This document shows positions 27,167 to 36,794 of a stretch of 64,000 bases of DNA, piece by piece. Both the position numbers and the translations under genes were made by a program. Numbering within the stretch: the stretch's first letter is position 1; every line of letters begins with the position of its first letter. This DNA comes from a virus (taxonomy: Duplodnaviria > Caudoviricetes): the IMG/VR virus record IMGVR_UViG_645058824_000001, positions 18,138 to 82,137 of that record. The stretch is one strand, 5' to 3'. Under the pieces are notes generated by a model that saw nothing but the letters and a program-made list of their open reading frames with translations, had not been told where the DNA came from and made no database searches.

Positions 27167-27376
27167 TTAGCGGCTGGTCTGGTCGCCGTAGACGTTCTCG
27201 GCGTAGTCACCGGCGTGGTAGTCGCCCGCGATGTGGTCGCCGCCGACGGAGATGTTCGTGGTGGTCTGGCTGCCGTACCGGGTGCCGGTGTTGATGTTCT
27301 GGCGGGTGGCGTCGACGGCACCGTTGACGATCTCGTCGGTGACCTGCTGCGCGAGCTGCTTGGGGCTGAGTCCCAT
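27167..27376 (-). CDS. Hypothetical protein
   Basis: GGAGG RBS. Confidence 0.55.
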   Translation of the reverse strand: MGLSPKQLAQQVTDEIVNGAVDATRQNINTGTRYGSQTTTNISVGGDHIAGDYHAGDYAENVYGDQTSR

Positions 27377-27485
27377 GGTTTCCTCCAGGTGGGTTCGGGT
27401 TGGTGGTTCTACTGTCTCGGGGCTGTGAGTTGGTGTCGGCTCTGAGAGTGCAGACGGGGCGTGACGGGCGTCACTCCCGGCTAGT

Positions 27486-27734
27486 TCAGGCGGCGGTGAC
27501 GGTCAGGTCATGCCCGGCATGGGCGAGCGCGTCTTCGAGTGCGGCCTGCGCGCCCGACTCCTCCCACGCCGCGGCCACATCCGACCGGGCGAACACCAGC
27601 CGCAGCACGCCGTCCCGCTCCTGGACGACGGCGTGGTCGAGGAGCATGGCGGTCACCATGCGGCGGCGACGCGTCCCCGCCAACACCTCCGGCCACCACA
27701 CGGGCGCCGTCTTGCTGCAGGTCATCGACTCCAT
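27486..27734 (-). CDS. Hypothetical protein
   Basis: MESMTCSKTAPVWW... ORF after RBS. Confidence 0.55.
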   Translation of the reverse strand: MESMTCSKTAPVWWPEVLAGTRRRRMVTAMLLDHAVVQERDGVLRLVFARSDVAAAWEESGAQAALEDALAHAGHDLTVTAA

Positions 27735-27745
27735 CAGGGTCTCCC

Positions 27746-28198
27746 TCACTTCCGGTTGATGGTCTTGGCCCACACGCTGCGGTTCTCGGTGTTGCGCTGG
27801 TCCTGGTAGACGGGGCCCGCGTAGTGGTGGTGGTGCTCCTCGGGCAGTGCCGCCTTGGCCTTCCCCGCGAGCCGGGCGAGGGCGAGGACCAGGGCGGTCG
27901 GCGCGCCGAACACGATGGCGCAGACGACGGGGTTGGCGAACTGGGAGTAGTACATGACGACGGCCGCAGTACCGCCGACCATCGCGGTGCTGGCTCCCCC
28001 GGCCAGCATGAGCACGCTGGCGTCGGTCGCACCCTGGCTCATCGGCGGCCGGCCGGGCTGCGGAACGGGCGGAGCGGATCCGACAACGGGAATCGGGCTG
28101 TCGTCTCTGAAGCTGGTGGGCTGGTAGGCGGCGTGGATGAGGCGGGCGGCTTCCTTCTCGGCAACCTCCTCGCTCATCGGCATGGCAGGCTCGGTCAT
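27746..28198 (-). CDS. Two-TM membrane protein (Spd-like)
   Basis: Two hydrophobic helices; downstream of traB. Confidence 0.6.
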   Translation of the reverse strand: MTEPAMPMSEEVAEKEAARLIHAAYQPTSFRDDSPIPVVGSAPPVPQPGRPPMSQGATDASVLMLAGGASTAMVGGTAAVVMYYSQFANPVVCAIVFGAPTALVLALARLAGKAKAALPEEHHHHYAGPVYQDQRNTENRSVWAKTINRK

Positions 28199-28207
28199 GC
28201 GGGTCTC

Positions 28208-28825
28208 CTAGTCGATTTCGCCGGTGCCGGAGCACACGGAGCAGCGGACGGTCGTGGTGTCGTGCAGGCGGGACTCGATGACGTGGGCGCCCTCGCCGCG
28301 GCAGGCCGGGCACGGGTTGATCGGCTCGGGGGTGTAGTCGGGGTCGGGTTCGTAGCCGCCGGTTTGTGCGGTCCAGGCGGCCTCGAGCGCCCCGGCCTTC
28401 GCGGCGGCGACACCGCGGCGCGCGGCCTGCTTGACCGGCTGGGTGACGGCGCGAACGGCCCGCCGCCGCTGCCTCCGCAGCGCCGGCTTGACCAGGCGCC
28501 GCCAGTAGACGCGGACCGCGGCCTTCACGTCCTCCGGCGTCACCTCCGGGTACAGCTCCCCGGCGAGGACCGCACCACCGATGGTGATCTCGAACAAGTC
28601 GGCATCCTCCGGCCGTTGACGGCCCGTCGACGCCTCCTTGATCCGCTTCAGGTCGCCGACGGTGATGAGCGGGTCTTCCCAGCTGTGGGACTGCCAGCAG
28701 TTGCCGTGTACCGGCATGGCGTCGATGAAGCTGCCGCCGTCGAGGGTGAACGCCTCCGACAGGCACTCGGGGCAGACGTAGGGAGCGCCGTCGATCGTCA
28801 TCTGCTGGATTTTCAGGGTGAGCAT
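28208..28825 (-). CDS. Zn-finger protein (CxxC; CxxCxGxG repeats)
   Basis: CPEC, CPACRGEG, CSVCSGTG. Confidence 0.65.
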   Translation of the reverse strand: MLTLKIQQMTIDGAPYVCPECLSEAFTLDGGSFIDAMPVHGNCWQSHSWEDPLITVGDLKRIKEASTGRQRPEDADLFEITIGGAVLAGELYPEVTPEDVKAAVRVYWRRLVKPALRRQRRRAVRAVTQPVKQAARRGVAAAKAGALEAAWTAQTGGYEPDPDYTPEPINPCPACRGEGAHVIESRLHDTTTVRCSVCSGTGEID

Positions 28826-28859
28826 TCGAACCTCCTCTCTCTGATCGTTCAGGGGCACG

Positions 28860-29034
28860 GACCCTGCCCGGACCCTGTCTTCGGCTGTCGTTTGTGCAGG
28901 TCAGACCCTGCGCGGACCCTGCCCGGCATGACGTCGGCGGTGGCGGACCCTGCCCCGCCCAGGCAGGGTCGGGGCAGGGTCGTCAGCGCCGTGACCTGCA
29001 TGTCTTCCAACGGGGGCAGGGTCGGGGCAGGGTG
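28860..29034. repeat. clt-like locus: nine GACCCTG(C) 8-mers (TraB recognition sequence-like)
   Basis: GACCCTGC/T at 28860, 28871, 28904, 28915, 28946; inverted copies at 28963, 28974, 29016, 29027; pairs 11 bp apart; right after the traB stop. Confidence 0.7.
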
Positions 29035-29045
29035 TAAACCTGGAT

Positions 29046-31142
29046 CTATCGGGCGGCGGTGAGATCGGCGAGCCGGAACCCGCGAGCTTCCTTACCCTCC
29101 GCCGTCGCGACCTTCACCGCCTTGATGTCGAGGCCCTCAGCCGCCATCGAAGCGGCCAGGAGCTTCCCCACCCGCGCGCTGTACTGCGCATCGGTCTCAT
29201 CGACCCGGTAGCCGTACCGCTCGTCGACCGTCGCGAGGTACGCGAACACCTCGGCCCGCGTCGCCTCTCCCCTGCCGGTGGCCTCGGCGGCGTCGATCAG
29301 GTGGTCCAGCAGGGTCAGGACGGCCGGAGTCGACCCGATGCGCCCCTTGCCGCTCTCGCCGCCGGCCGCCGAGGAAACGCCGGTCTCGGCGAGCAGGTAC
29401 TCCTCGATCGGGTCCTTCCACTGGCCGGGGAGCCGACCGGCGGCCTTGCGGATCTCGTAGGCCTCTTCTGCCGCCCGCCGCTTGTCGTCGGGCTTGACCA
29501 GGTAAGAGCGGACCTGGATGACGCCGGTCTCCGGGGTAGACAGCCAGGCCCGGCCCGGCTGGGTCAGCGGGATCTTCGAGGCGTCGTGGCCCTGACCGGT
29601 CATGCCGTCGCCAAGAATGGTGTTCGAGGCAGTGCCCGACTCGGTGTTCATGGCGGCGCGGGAGGTGTGGTTCTGGCGGAGCCGGCCGCGGACGACGTCG
29701 ACCTCGGGCACCTGGGTGAGGCTGATCAGGGTGATGCCGAGGGCGGCGCCGACGGCGGCGATCTGCGACAGGTTCTCGGTGATCTCGTCGGCGTAGGGGC
29801 TGGTGCCCTTCGGGGTGTAGGTGGCCAGCTCGTCGACGATGAAGACCTCACGGCCGCCGAGCAGCTGCATGCACTCCTCGTAGTTCTCGTCGTCGATCTT
29901 CTCGTAGCCGTGCTCGTCGAGCAGGTCGGAGCGGCGGTCCATCTCGGCGACGATCGCACGGGTGGCAAGGGCCAGCCGCTGGGCGTTGCGCTTGGTGAAC
30001 GTGCCCATGATCCGCGCATAGGCGTTGTGCTCGGCGGTGCCCTTGCCGTCGAAGATCCGCACGTTGACCCACGGGTCCTTCGCCACGCCGATCAGGATGT
30101 TCGCCAGCAGCATGCCCTTACCGCGGCGGGTGGCGCCGCCCACGATGAGGCTGCTGTCCCGGATCCACAGGGTGATGGGCTCGCCGCGCTTACCGAACGC
30201 GACCTTGATGCCATCGCGGAAGGTGTTGATCGGCCCTTCGTGGTCGAGGAGCGGGGAGCGCCGCACGATGGCGAAGGGGTCGCTGCTGGCCACCCATACC
30301 TTCAGCCGGGACTCAATGTCGCCGACTTCCAGGTCGAGCCAGTCCTGGTGGACGGCGAGCGCGGACGCGATCTGCTGCTTCCTGGCCACCGCGACTGCGG
30401 CGGGAATCCCGGACGGCAGGTCGACTTCGTAGGCGATGCCTGGGCCTTCGGTGTGGGGGATGCCGACGCCGCGGATCTCGGCGGCCCGCTTCTCGGGGAC
30501 GGCTCCGGCTTCGACGAGGACCCGGCGCATGGTGTCTTCGCCAAGGTGGCTGGTGCGGGTCGGCGCCTGGATCGGGACGACCGCGGGTTCCTCGGGCCGG
30601 CCGAACCATGCGCCGGTGAAGACGAACGCGAGGGCGAGGAGGATCTGCACCCACAGTCCGCCGACCGCGGCGGCGATCGTGCCGCCGCCGACGATGATCA
30701 GACCGCTGATGCCGGTGCGGATCCAGTGCCGCTTCTTGTGCGCCTTGAACTCGGCGCGGCGGACCTGGAGCACGGCACGGGCTCGCGCCTCGTCGGCCGG
30801 CTTGCCCTTGGCGGCCCGGAGCATCTGCTTGGCGGACGCGATCTCCTGCCGGTAGTCGTCGTGCCGGGCTTCCCACCAGCGGAGGCAGAGGCGGCGGTAG
30901 CCGCGCACGGACCAGCCGAGGTAGTACGGCGTGTGCGTGACCTGGTACACGGTCCAGTCGATCGCGTTGTCGCGGGCGTACACGACCCACTGCCGCAGCT
31001 GCTCGCCGGAGAGCATCCAGCCGGGGCGGGGGCGCTTCTCGAACTCGTAGACGCGGGCCGGCTCGGGGTCCTTGGTGAGCGTGGCGGTGATCTGCTCCCA
31101 CTCCGGATCCGGGGTGCTGCTGGGGGTCGTCTCGATGCTCAC
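29046..31142 (-). CDS. traB: FtsK/SpoIIIE-family conjugative DNA translocase (TraB-like)
   Basis: N-terminal TM helices; GGATRRGKG Walker A; FIVDELA Walker B; GAALGITLISLTQVP; C-terminal wHTH-like tail ending RGFRLADL. Confidence 0.85.
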   Translation of the reverse strand: MSIETTPSSTPDPEWEQITATLTKDPEPARVYEFEKRPRPGWMLSGEQLRQWVVYARDNAIDWTVYQVTHTPYYLGWSVRGYRRLCLRWWEARHDDYRQEIASAKQMLRAAKGKPADEARARAVLQVRRAEFKAHKKRHWIRTGISGLIIVGGGTIAAAVGGLWVQILLALAFVFTGAWFGRPEEPAVVPIQAPTRTSHLGEDTMRRVLVEAGAVPEKRAAEIRGVGIPHTEGPGIAYEVDLPSGIPAAVAVARKQQIASALAVHQDWLDLEVGDIESRLKVWVASSDPFAIVRRSPLLDHEGPINTFRDGIKVAFGKRGEPITLWIRDSSLIVGGATRRGKGMLLANILIGVAKDPWVNVRIFDGKGTAEHNAYARIMGTFTKRNAQRLALATRAIVAEMDRRSDLLDEHGYEKIDDENYEECMQLLGGREVFIVDELATYTPKGTSPYADEITENLSQIAAVGAALGITLISLTQVPEVDVVRGRLRQNHTSRAAMNTESGTASNTILGDGMTGQGHDASKIPLTQPGRAWLSTPETGVIQVRSYLVKPDDKRRAAEEAYEIRKAAGRLPGQWKDPIEEYLLAETGVSSAAGGESGKGRIGSTPAVLTLLDHLIDAAEATGRGEATRAEVFAYLATVDERYGYRVDETDAQYSARVGKLLAASMAAEGLDIKAVKVATAEGKEARGFRLADLTAAR

Positions 31143-31160
31143 TGCGAGTCCTTCGGAGGG

Positions 31161-32312
31161 TCAGTGGTGGTGGCCGTTGGCGGTCGTGATCTTGCGGGCG
31201 GTGTCGGCGGCAGCGAGGCCGGCCAGCGGGTGGTACTTCACGGTTCCGGGGCGGCGCTTCGGCGGCGTCCCGCCATTGCTGCGGCGACCGTCTTCGCCCT
31301 CCTTCCGGGCGACCTTCTGAGGGGTCTTTGCGGGCTTCCCGACGGTGGGGGGCATTTGGGAATCCACCTGCGAAGATCCAGGCCCGGAGATGAGCACTGA
31401 GGGGGCCGGGTGGAGCATCTGGAGGAGGCGCCCGCGAGTGCTTATCGGGGACCCGTTCGCGTCGTCCATCGCGGCGGCGAGGGCCTGCCGGGAGGCGAGC
31501 TGCTGGGCGTGCATGGCCGGGGTCATGCCGGGGGTGCTGGTGCCGTAGAAGATCTCCCACGCGGCGGCGAACGCTTCCTCGAACTTGAGCGTCCCGAACG
31601 GTGCGGCGGACACCAGACGCTTCGCCAGCTTCACGACGTCCTTGTGGTCCCGGTACCGCTTCCGGTTGTGCTTCGCGCGGGCTTTCTCATCGGCTCGCTT
31701 CTTCGAGTCGCCCGTGGACGCGGACAGCGTGAGGACCCACTGCCGGACCTCGAAGAAGAGAGGGCCGAGCATCGTCACCGCGGCGAGCCCGATCCCGGCG
31801 GCGGTCGCGTTGGTCTCGCTGACCCCGTGCTCGGTCAGGCTGAGCCCGTACTTGTAGTTGATGTTGGCGGCGAACCCGGCGGCGGAAAGCGACAGGCCGC
31901 GCAGGAGCCAGCGCACCCAGGCGGGCAGCTTCTTCTCGTCGGCGTAGGCGACGCCGGCTGCCATCACCCAGGCTGCGCCCTCGACGGCGGGGCCGACCGG
32001 GAACAGCATCCAGTGGATGGCGAAGAAGTGCAGGATCTGCGCGGGCAGGGAGGCGAGCGCGGACAGGGCGACCAGGATCAGGGTGCCCTTGCGGTACACG
32101 TTGCCGGGGGTGAGGGTCTTCTCGCGGCGAGCGGCGCGGGCCTGGCGCCGGGCGGTCTTGTCGCGCCGCGCCTGCGCTTTGACCTCGCGGTCCTCCTCGC
32201 GGTCCTTGCGGCGTTCCTCGCGACGCAGCTCGGCGTCGAACGCCTTGTTCTTCCGGCGCTCCTCGGCCTCAGCGGCCAGGTTGCGCCGACGCTCATCGTG
32301 CCAACTGGCCAC
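31161..32312 (-). CDS. Coiled-coil + 4-TM spread protein (SpdB/DUF2637-like)
   Basis: Basic coiled coil, four TM segments, Pro/Lys-rich tail; upstream of traB. Confidence 0.6.
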   Translation of the reverse strand: MASWHDERRRNLAAEAEERRKNKAFDAELRREERRKDREEDREVKAQARRDKTARRQARAARREKTLTPGNVYRKGTLILVALSALASLPAQILHFFAIHWMLFPVGPAVEGAAWVMAAGVAYADEKKLPAWVRWLLRGLSLSAAGFAANINYKYGLSLTEHGVSETNATAAGIGLAAVTMLGPLFFEVRQWVLTLSASTGDSKKRADEKARAKHNRKRYRDHKDVVKLAKRLVSAAPFGTLKFEEAFAAAWEIFYGTSTPGMTPAMHAQQLASRQALAAAMDDANGSPISTRGRLLQMLHPAPSVLISGPGSSQVDSQMPPTVGKPAKTPQKVARKEGEDGRRSNGGTPPKRRPGTVKYHPLAGLAAADTARKITTANGHHH

Positions 32313-32336
32313 GGCGATCGGTTTCCTCTCTCGGTT

Positions 32337-32525
32337 TCAGCTGGCGGTGACGCGGGCGCGTCGGTACAGGTGGACGTCTTCGCCCTGGCGGGCGGACGGG
32401 TGGGGGGTGAGGCCGTTGAACCGGTGCTCGCCAGGCCCGGTGGACTGCCAGGCGCGGCCCGGTCCGGGACCTCGGCTGTCGTCGGTGCGGCCGGCGCCGC
32501 CGACCTGCTCGTTACGCCAAGCCAT
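32337..32525 (-). CDS. Small hypothetical protein in the transfer module
   Basis: Coupled ORF. Confidence 0.55.
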   Translation of the reverse strand: MAWRNEQVGGAGRTDDSRGPGPGRAWQSTGPGEHRFNGLTPHPSARQGEDVHLYRRARVTAS

Positions 32526-32722
32526 CAGGCGACCTTGGCGGGCGTCGGCCGGTGCTTGAGCCAGGCGACGACGGCGGCGAGGAGGAGCACGGACGGCGGG
32601 ATGGTCGCGATCACGGCGCCCAGCCCGGCGAGCGTCAACGTGACGGGGGCGAGGGCGGCCGGCCACAGGCCGACGGTCAGCAGGTACAGGGCGAGCAGCG
32701 CCCAGGCGGTGTAGCGGAGCAT
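32525..32722 (-). CDS. Small hydrophobic membrane protein (Spd-like)
   Basis: 65 aa, two TM helices. Confidence 0.6.
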   Translation of the reverse strand: MLRYTAWALLALYLLTVGLWPAALAPVTLTLAGLGAVIATIPPSVLLLAAVVAWLKHRPTPAKVA

Positions 32723-32834
32723 GACGACCTCTCGGGGGTCGGGACGGATGGTGGGGGTGGTGGTGCTGGGCCGGTTCTCCTCACCGCCCGCACGGGGTCG
32801 GGCGGATCGGACAGCCGGTCAGCGGGTCAGCGGG

Positions 32835-33011
32835 TCAGCGGCCGAACAGTCCGCGCTTGCGGTCGCCGTAGAGGCCGCTGTCCGGGTTGGTGGTGTGGCT
32901 CTCGTGGACGCGGGCACCGCTGCTGGTCTTCACGGCCTTGTCGTCTTCGGTGGTGGCGTGGCCGCACGCCTGGCAGGGCTTGCCGGTCTCGTTCTTGCTG
33001 AACAGGCCCAT
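32835..33011 (-). CDS. Hypothetical protein
   Basis: GAGGAG RBS; CxxC. Confidence 0.55.
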   Translation of the reverse strand: MGLFSKNETGKPCQACGHATTEDDKAVKTSSGARVHESHTTNPDSGLYGDRKRGLFGR

Positions 33012-33051
33012 GACGGGCTCCTCTCGGTTGGGTGGTCGGTCGGGCAATCGG

Positions 33052-33234
33052 TCAGCGGCGGCCGAAGCCCCAGCTGATCCACGCGCTGACCTCGTCGGTG
33101 CGGTCGGTGACGCGGCCGGACTCCAGCGCGTCGGCGCGGGCCTCCATCTCCTTGGCCTTCGTCTCCTGGCCTCGGTTGCGCAGCGTCCTCGCCGCCTCAC
33201 GGTTCTTCGCGGCCTGCCTCTTCATGCGGTCCAT
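33052..33234 (-). CDS. Hypothetical protein
   Basis: RBS-preceded ORF. Confidence 0.55.
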   Translation of the reverse strand: MDRMKRQAAKNREAARTLRNRGQETKAKEMEARADALESGRVTDRTDEVSAWISWGFGRR

Positions 33235-33365
33235 GGGGGTCCTTCCGGATCAGGTGGATGGCTGGCGGTGCGTGCCCCGGCCTGCCTTTGCGGCTACGCC
33301 CGTGGTGGCCGGGCCGGGGCTGGTGCCGGGCGCGGCGGGGGTTCCCGCGCCCGGCAGTCGGGAGG

Positions 33366-33551
33366 TCAGGCGGTGCGTTCGACTACGAACCCGGTCCCGT
33401 TCGGGTGGGTGTGGCCACGGACTTCCTCCACCTGGGCGCCGTCGACGCTCTGCCAGAACTCGGCGTTGGTGGCCGTGATGATCGTGTTGCCGTTCGGAGT
33501 GATGACGCGGTGCGCGATCTCCTCACCGGTCTTGCTGTCGCGACGGAACAT
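33366..33551 (-). CDS. Hypothetical protein
   Basis: RBS-preceded ORF. Confidence 0.55.
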   Translation of the reverse strand: MFRRDSKTGEEIAHRVITPNGNTIITATNAEFWQSVDGAQVEEVRGHTHPNGTGFVVERTA

Positions 33552-33577
33552 GCGGTGTCCTCTCGGGCGGACGAAGG

Positions 33578-33847
33578 TCAGGCGGCGGCCGGGACGTCGT
33601 CGCGGGTGGCGAGCTCGACCCGCAAGCGAACGGCCTCCTGCCGCAGCGCCTCGTTCTCGGCGCGCAGCGTGTCCACGGAGCCCTGGAGACGCTCGGCGTG
33701 GTTGGCCATCGTCCGCAGCATCTCCACGAGCCGGACGATCAGCCGGACAGCAGTCCGGTGCGGCAGATCCGGGTCGGTGTAGTCGGCGTCGGCCGTGTCG
33801 TCGATGATCCGTCGCGCGTCACGCACGAACATGGCGGTCAGATCCAT
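33578..33847 (-). CDS. Hypothetical coiled-coil protein
   Basis: ORF composition. Confidence 0.6.
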   Translation of the reverse strand: MDLTAMFVRDARRIIDDTADADYTDPDLPHRTAVRLIVRLVEMLRTMANHAERLQGSVDTLRAENEALRQEAVRLRVELATRDDVPAAA

Positions 33848-33885
33848 GAGAGTCCCTTCGGTGGTTGGTTGTTTGGGCAGCGAAG

Positions 33886-34116
33886 TCAGGCGGCGGCCGG
33901 CTCGTTGAAGCCGTCGAGCTCGGCCAGCAGCTCCGGGTCGGCGGCGAGACGGATCTCCGCGACGCGGGCCCGGTCGCCGCGGGAGACGGCGGCGGCGTAC
34001 TCGGCGAACAGGTCGGTGATCGACAGCACCTGGATCGCGGAGACGAGCGTCGCGGCGCGGTCCTCTCGGACGAGAACGGTGCGGGCGTGGTCGGCAGAGA
34101 ACAGGTACGGAGACAT
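33886..34116 (-). CDS. Hypothetical protein
   Basis: ORF composition. Confidence 0.6.
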   Translation of the reverse strand: MSPYLFSADHARTVLVREDRAATLVSAIQVLSITDLFAEYAAAVSRGDRARVAEIRLAADPELLAELDGFNEPAAA

Positions 34117-34311
34117 GACAGGTGAGCCCTTCCGGGTCAGAGATCAGGTGGGTGGGGGGTGATACGAGGTTGGTGGCCGCGGGTGGCGGGCCGGAGGGGA
34201 GCCAGGAACGTCCGCCACCCGCGGCGGATCAGGGGGTCTAGCGGGGCCGGTTCTCGGACTGCTTGTTCTTCTCGCGCAGCTTCCGAAGCATCCGCTCGTA
34301 GTCCTCGGGGC

Positions 34312-34635
34312 TCACGACGCCACCCCCGTCGGATACGGGTGCGGGCCCCTCGGGCGACGAGGCAGCTCGTCCTTCGTTTTCTCGTGGGCGGCCACGAGGT
34401 GCAGGTGCCGGGCGGCCGGCTCGGGCCGGACGGTGACGAACGTCGTCCGCAGACGGGTGTTCGTCTCCGGGTCGATCACCGCGACCATCAGCCGCGGCGA
34501 CTCCCCGCCGTCCCAGTCGCCCACCTGGGCGACGATCCGATCCGCCGTCTCCCGCACCGCCGTCAGACGGGCCAGGTCCGGGGTCGGCTCCGGCCGGCGC
34601 GGGCCACGCGTCGGCATCTCGTCGGAAGTCATCAC
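34312..34635 (-). CDS. Hypothetical protein
   Basis: Coupled ORF. Confidence 0.55.
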   Translation of the reverse strand: MMTSDEMPTRGPRRPEPTPDLARLTAVRETADRIVAQVGDWDGGESPRLMVAVIDPETNTRLRTTFVTVRPEPAARHLHLVAAHEKTKDELPRRPRGPHPYPTGVAS

Positions 34636-34799
34636 TGGACCTCCCCGCGCATCACAGCCATGAGGAAGTCGTCCAGGACGATCGGGGCGACGTCGGAGCG
34701 GGTCGAGTCGTGGAGCTCCAGTCGACCGCCGCTGTCGAGTGCCTCGCGGATGGCCTCGCCGTTCGGGGCGGCCATGTCGATACGGGTCGGCTCGGTCAT
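34632..34799 (-). CDS. Hypothetical protein (MTEPTRIDMAAPNG..., below the ORF-track cutoff)
   Basis: Overlaps neighbouring starts and stops on both sides. Confidence 0.55.
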   Translation of the reverse strand: MTEPTRIDMAAPNGEAIREALDSGGRLELHDSTRSDVAPIVLDDFLMAVMRGEVQ

Positions 34800-35098
34800 C
34801 ACGCCTCCCCGATGAGGTCGAGGCGACCGGCGGCGGCGAGCACCTCGCGGGCGGCGGCCATGACGTCCTCCGCCGCGGCCAGCGAGTCCGCGTCGAGGTC
34901 GGTCATCTTGTCGGCCTCGGCGAGCGCGGCGAGCTGCACGGCCTTCACTGCGGCCGTCTCGTACTGGGCGACCGCACGGACCAGCGGGAACTCGGCCTGC
35001 AGCCGGTCCAGCAGAGCGGCAGCATCGGCGGGAAGCGGGGCGGTGTCGCCCTCGCGGTCGGTGCGCTCCAGCGCACCGATAAGATCGGTGGTAGCCAA
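34799..35098 (-). CDS. Hypothetical protein
   Basis: TAGGAG RBS. Confidence 0.6.
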   Translation of the reverse strand: MATTDLIGALERTDREGDTAPLPADAAALLDRLQAEFPLVRAVAQYETAAVKAVQLAALAEADKMTDLDADSLAAAEDVMAAAREVLAAAGRLDLIGEA

Positions 35099-35353
35099 CT
35101 TGGTCTCCTAGTCAGAACCTGTTGGTTAGGGCCGGGGCCTCGAGGTAGGAGTCGAGGACTTCCGGCCCGTCTTCATTTGTGCGCCGTCCGCGGACTGGGT
35201 CCGGTAGGAGTGGACAGCGGGACCGGCTTCAAGGTTGCGCCTTGAAGTGCGGTTGGTACGACCGTAGAGGGCCCGCCGAAGCGAGTCAAGCGGACAACTC
35301 AACTCTTCTAGTCGAGTCTTGAGCAGGCGTCGGATGGCCCGTACCCTCACGAC

Positions 35354-35608
35354 ATGGCCGACTCCCCCGACGCTCCTTTCACCCCCTACGACGAGCAGCT
35401 GCGCGCGATCCCAGACCTCAACGAGCGCTGGGCCGCCTACCTCGGTCTCGCGGAATTCCTCGAGACCGAACTGGAGCGTTGGCGGCGCCGGCAGCGGAAG
35501 GAGATCGCGCTGGGCTTCCGGGAGCAGGGGAAGACCTGGAAAGAGATCGGCGAAGCCATGGGGGGCGTCTCTTTGCAACGCGCCCACCAGTACAGCAAGG
35601 GCGAGTGA
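35354..35608 (+). CDS. Small HTH protein
   Basis: GKTWKEIGEAMGGVSLQRAHQY. Confidence 0.7.
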   Translation: MADSPDAPFTPYDEQLRAIPDLNERWAAYLGLAEFLETELERWRRRQRKEIALGFREQGKTWKEIGEAMGGVSLQRAHQYSKGE

Positions 35609-35751
35609 GTCCATGGGATCGAGTCTCCGCGCGCACGCCCACGCAGACCATGAAGATCCCGTGCAGCGCCATGCAGTGATCTGAAGCGGAATCTGCAGGC
35701 CCATGCAGACCCGCTACGACAGGGCCCACAAAGGCGGCCGAGGAGCCGATA

Positions 35752-36393
35752 GTGGACGACGTTCGACAGCAGTGGACCGGGCAGAAAGCCGCCTGGCTCC
35801 AGGACGCATTCGAAATGACACAGGAGCAGTTCGCGGGACGGCTCGGGGTGTCGGTGCGCAGCGTCGCAGCTTGGCGCGCCAACCCGACGATGGTGCCCCA
35901 GCCGGAAACGCAGCGGATCCTGGACACGGCCTACGGGAGGGCAGGTGATGCGGTGCGCCGCCGGTTCATCCACTTGTCGCGGATAGCTACGCCCCAGCCG
36001 GAGGCGCAGGCGCTGCGGGTGGCAATCGCTGTGGTCCGCCGCGGCGGTGACGTGCTCCTCGTGTGCAGGCAGGACGGCGACGACATCTCCTGGCAGTTCC
36101 CGGCCGGCATCGTGAAGCCGGGTGGGAGCGCGGCGAAGGTCGCGGTGCGGGAGACCCTGGACGAGACCGGCGTGCACTGCATGGTCCGCGAGCACCTGGG
36201 TGAACGGCTGCATCCTGTGACGCGCACCGTGTGCGACTACTTCGTCTGCGACTACGTGCACGGTGAGGCAGTCAACGGGGACTCCTCGGAGAACGTCGCC
36301 GTCGCCTGGGCTCCGATAGGGGAGCTTGCCCGCTACATCCCCACCGACCGCATCTACCCGCCGATCCTGACCGCCTTGGAGGCGATCGTATGA
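35752..36393 (+). CDS. Xre-HTH fused to a degenerate Nudix domain
   Basis: [20 protein letters not shown]; [28 protein letters not shown]. Confidence 0.8.
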   Translation: MDDVRQQWTGQKAAWLQDAFEMTQEQFAGRLGVSVRSVAAWRANPTMVPQPETQRILDTAYGRAGDAVRRRFIHLSRIATPQPEAQALRVAIAVVRRGGDVLLVCRQDGDDISWQFPAGIVKPGGSAAKVAVRETLDETGVHCMVREHLGERLHPVTRTVCDYFVCDYVHGEAVNGDSSENVAVAWAPIGELARYIPTDRIYPPILTALEAIV

Positions 36394-36794
36394 CCGAGAC
36401 GACCAAGCCCGACGTGTCCGCCGCGATCATCACCGACGGGGAGCACGTCCTGATGGTGCGGCGCCGCGTGAAGGAGGGCGAGCTGTCGTGGCAGTTCCCG
36501 GCCGGCGGTGTCGAGGACGGCGAGACGGCGGAGGAGGCGGCGGTGCGGGAGACGCTCGAGGAGACCGGCCTGACCGTGAAGGCCGTGCGCTACATCGGCG
36601 ACCGGGTGCACCCGAAGAGCGGCAAGTTCATGGCGTACACGGCGTGCGAGGTCGTCTCGGGTACGGCGACGGTGGCCGACGAGGAGGAGCTCGACCAGGT
36701 GGCGTGGGTGCGGCACGAGGAGATCCCCGGCCTGGTCCCCTACGGCCTGTTCGGTCCGGTGCAGGCCTACCTCGACGACGTCCTGCCGCACTGA
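36390..36794 (+). CDS. Nudix hydrolase
   Basis: Intact Nudix box [23 protein letters not shown]. Confidence 0.9.
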   Translation: MTETTKPDVSAAIITDGEHVLMVRRRVKEGELSWQFPAGGVEDGETAEEAAVRETLEETGLTVKAVRYIGDRVHPKSGKFMAYTACEVVSGTATVADEEELDQVAWVRHEEIPGLVPYGLFGPVQAYLDDVLPH

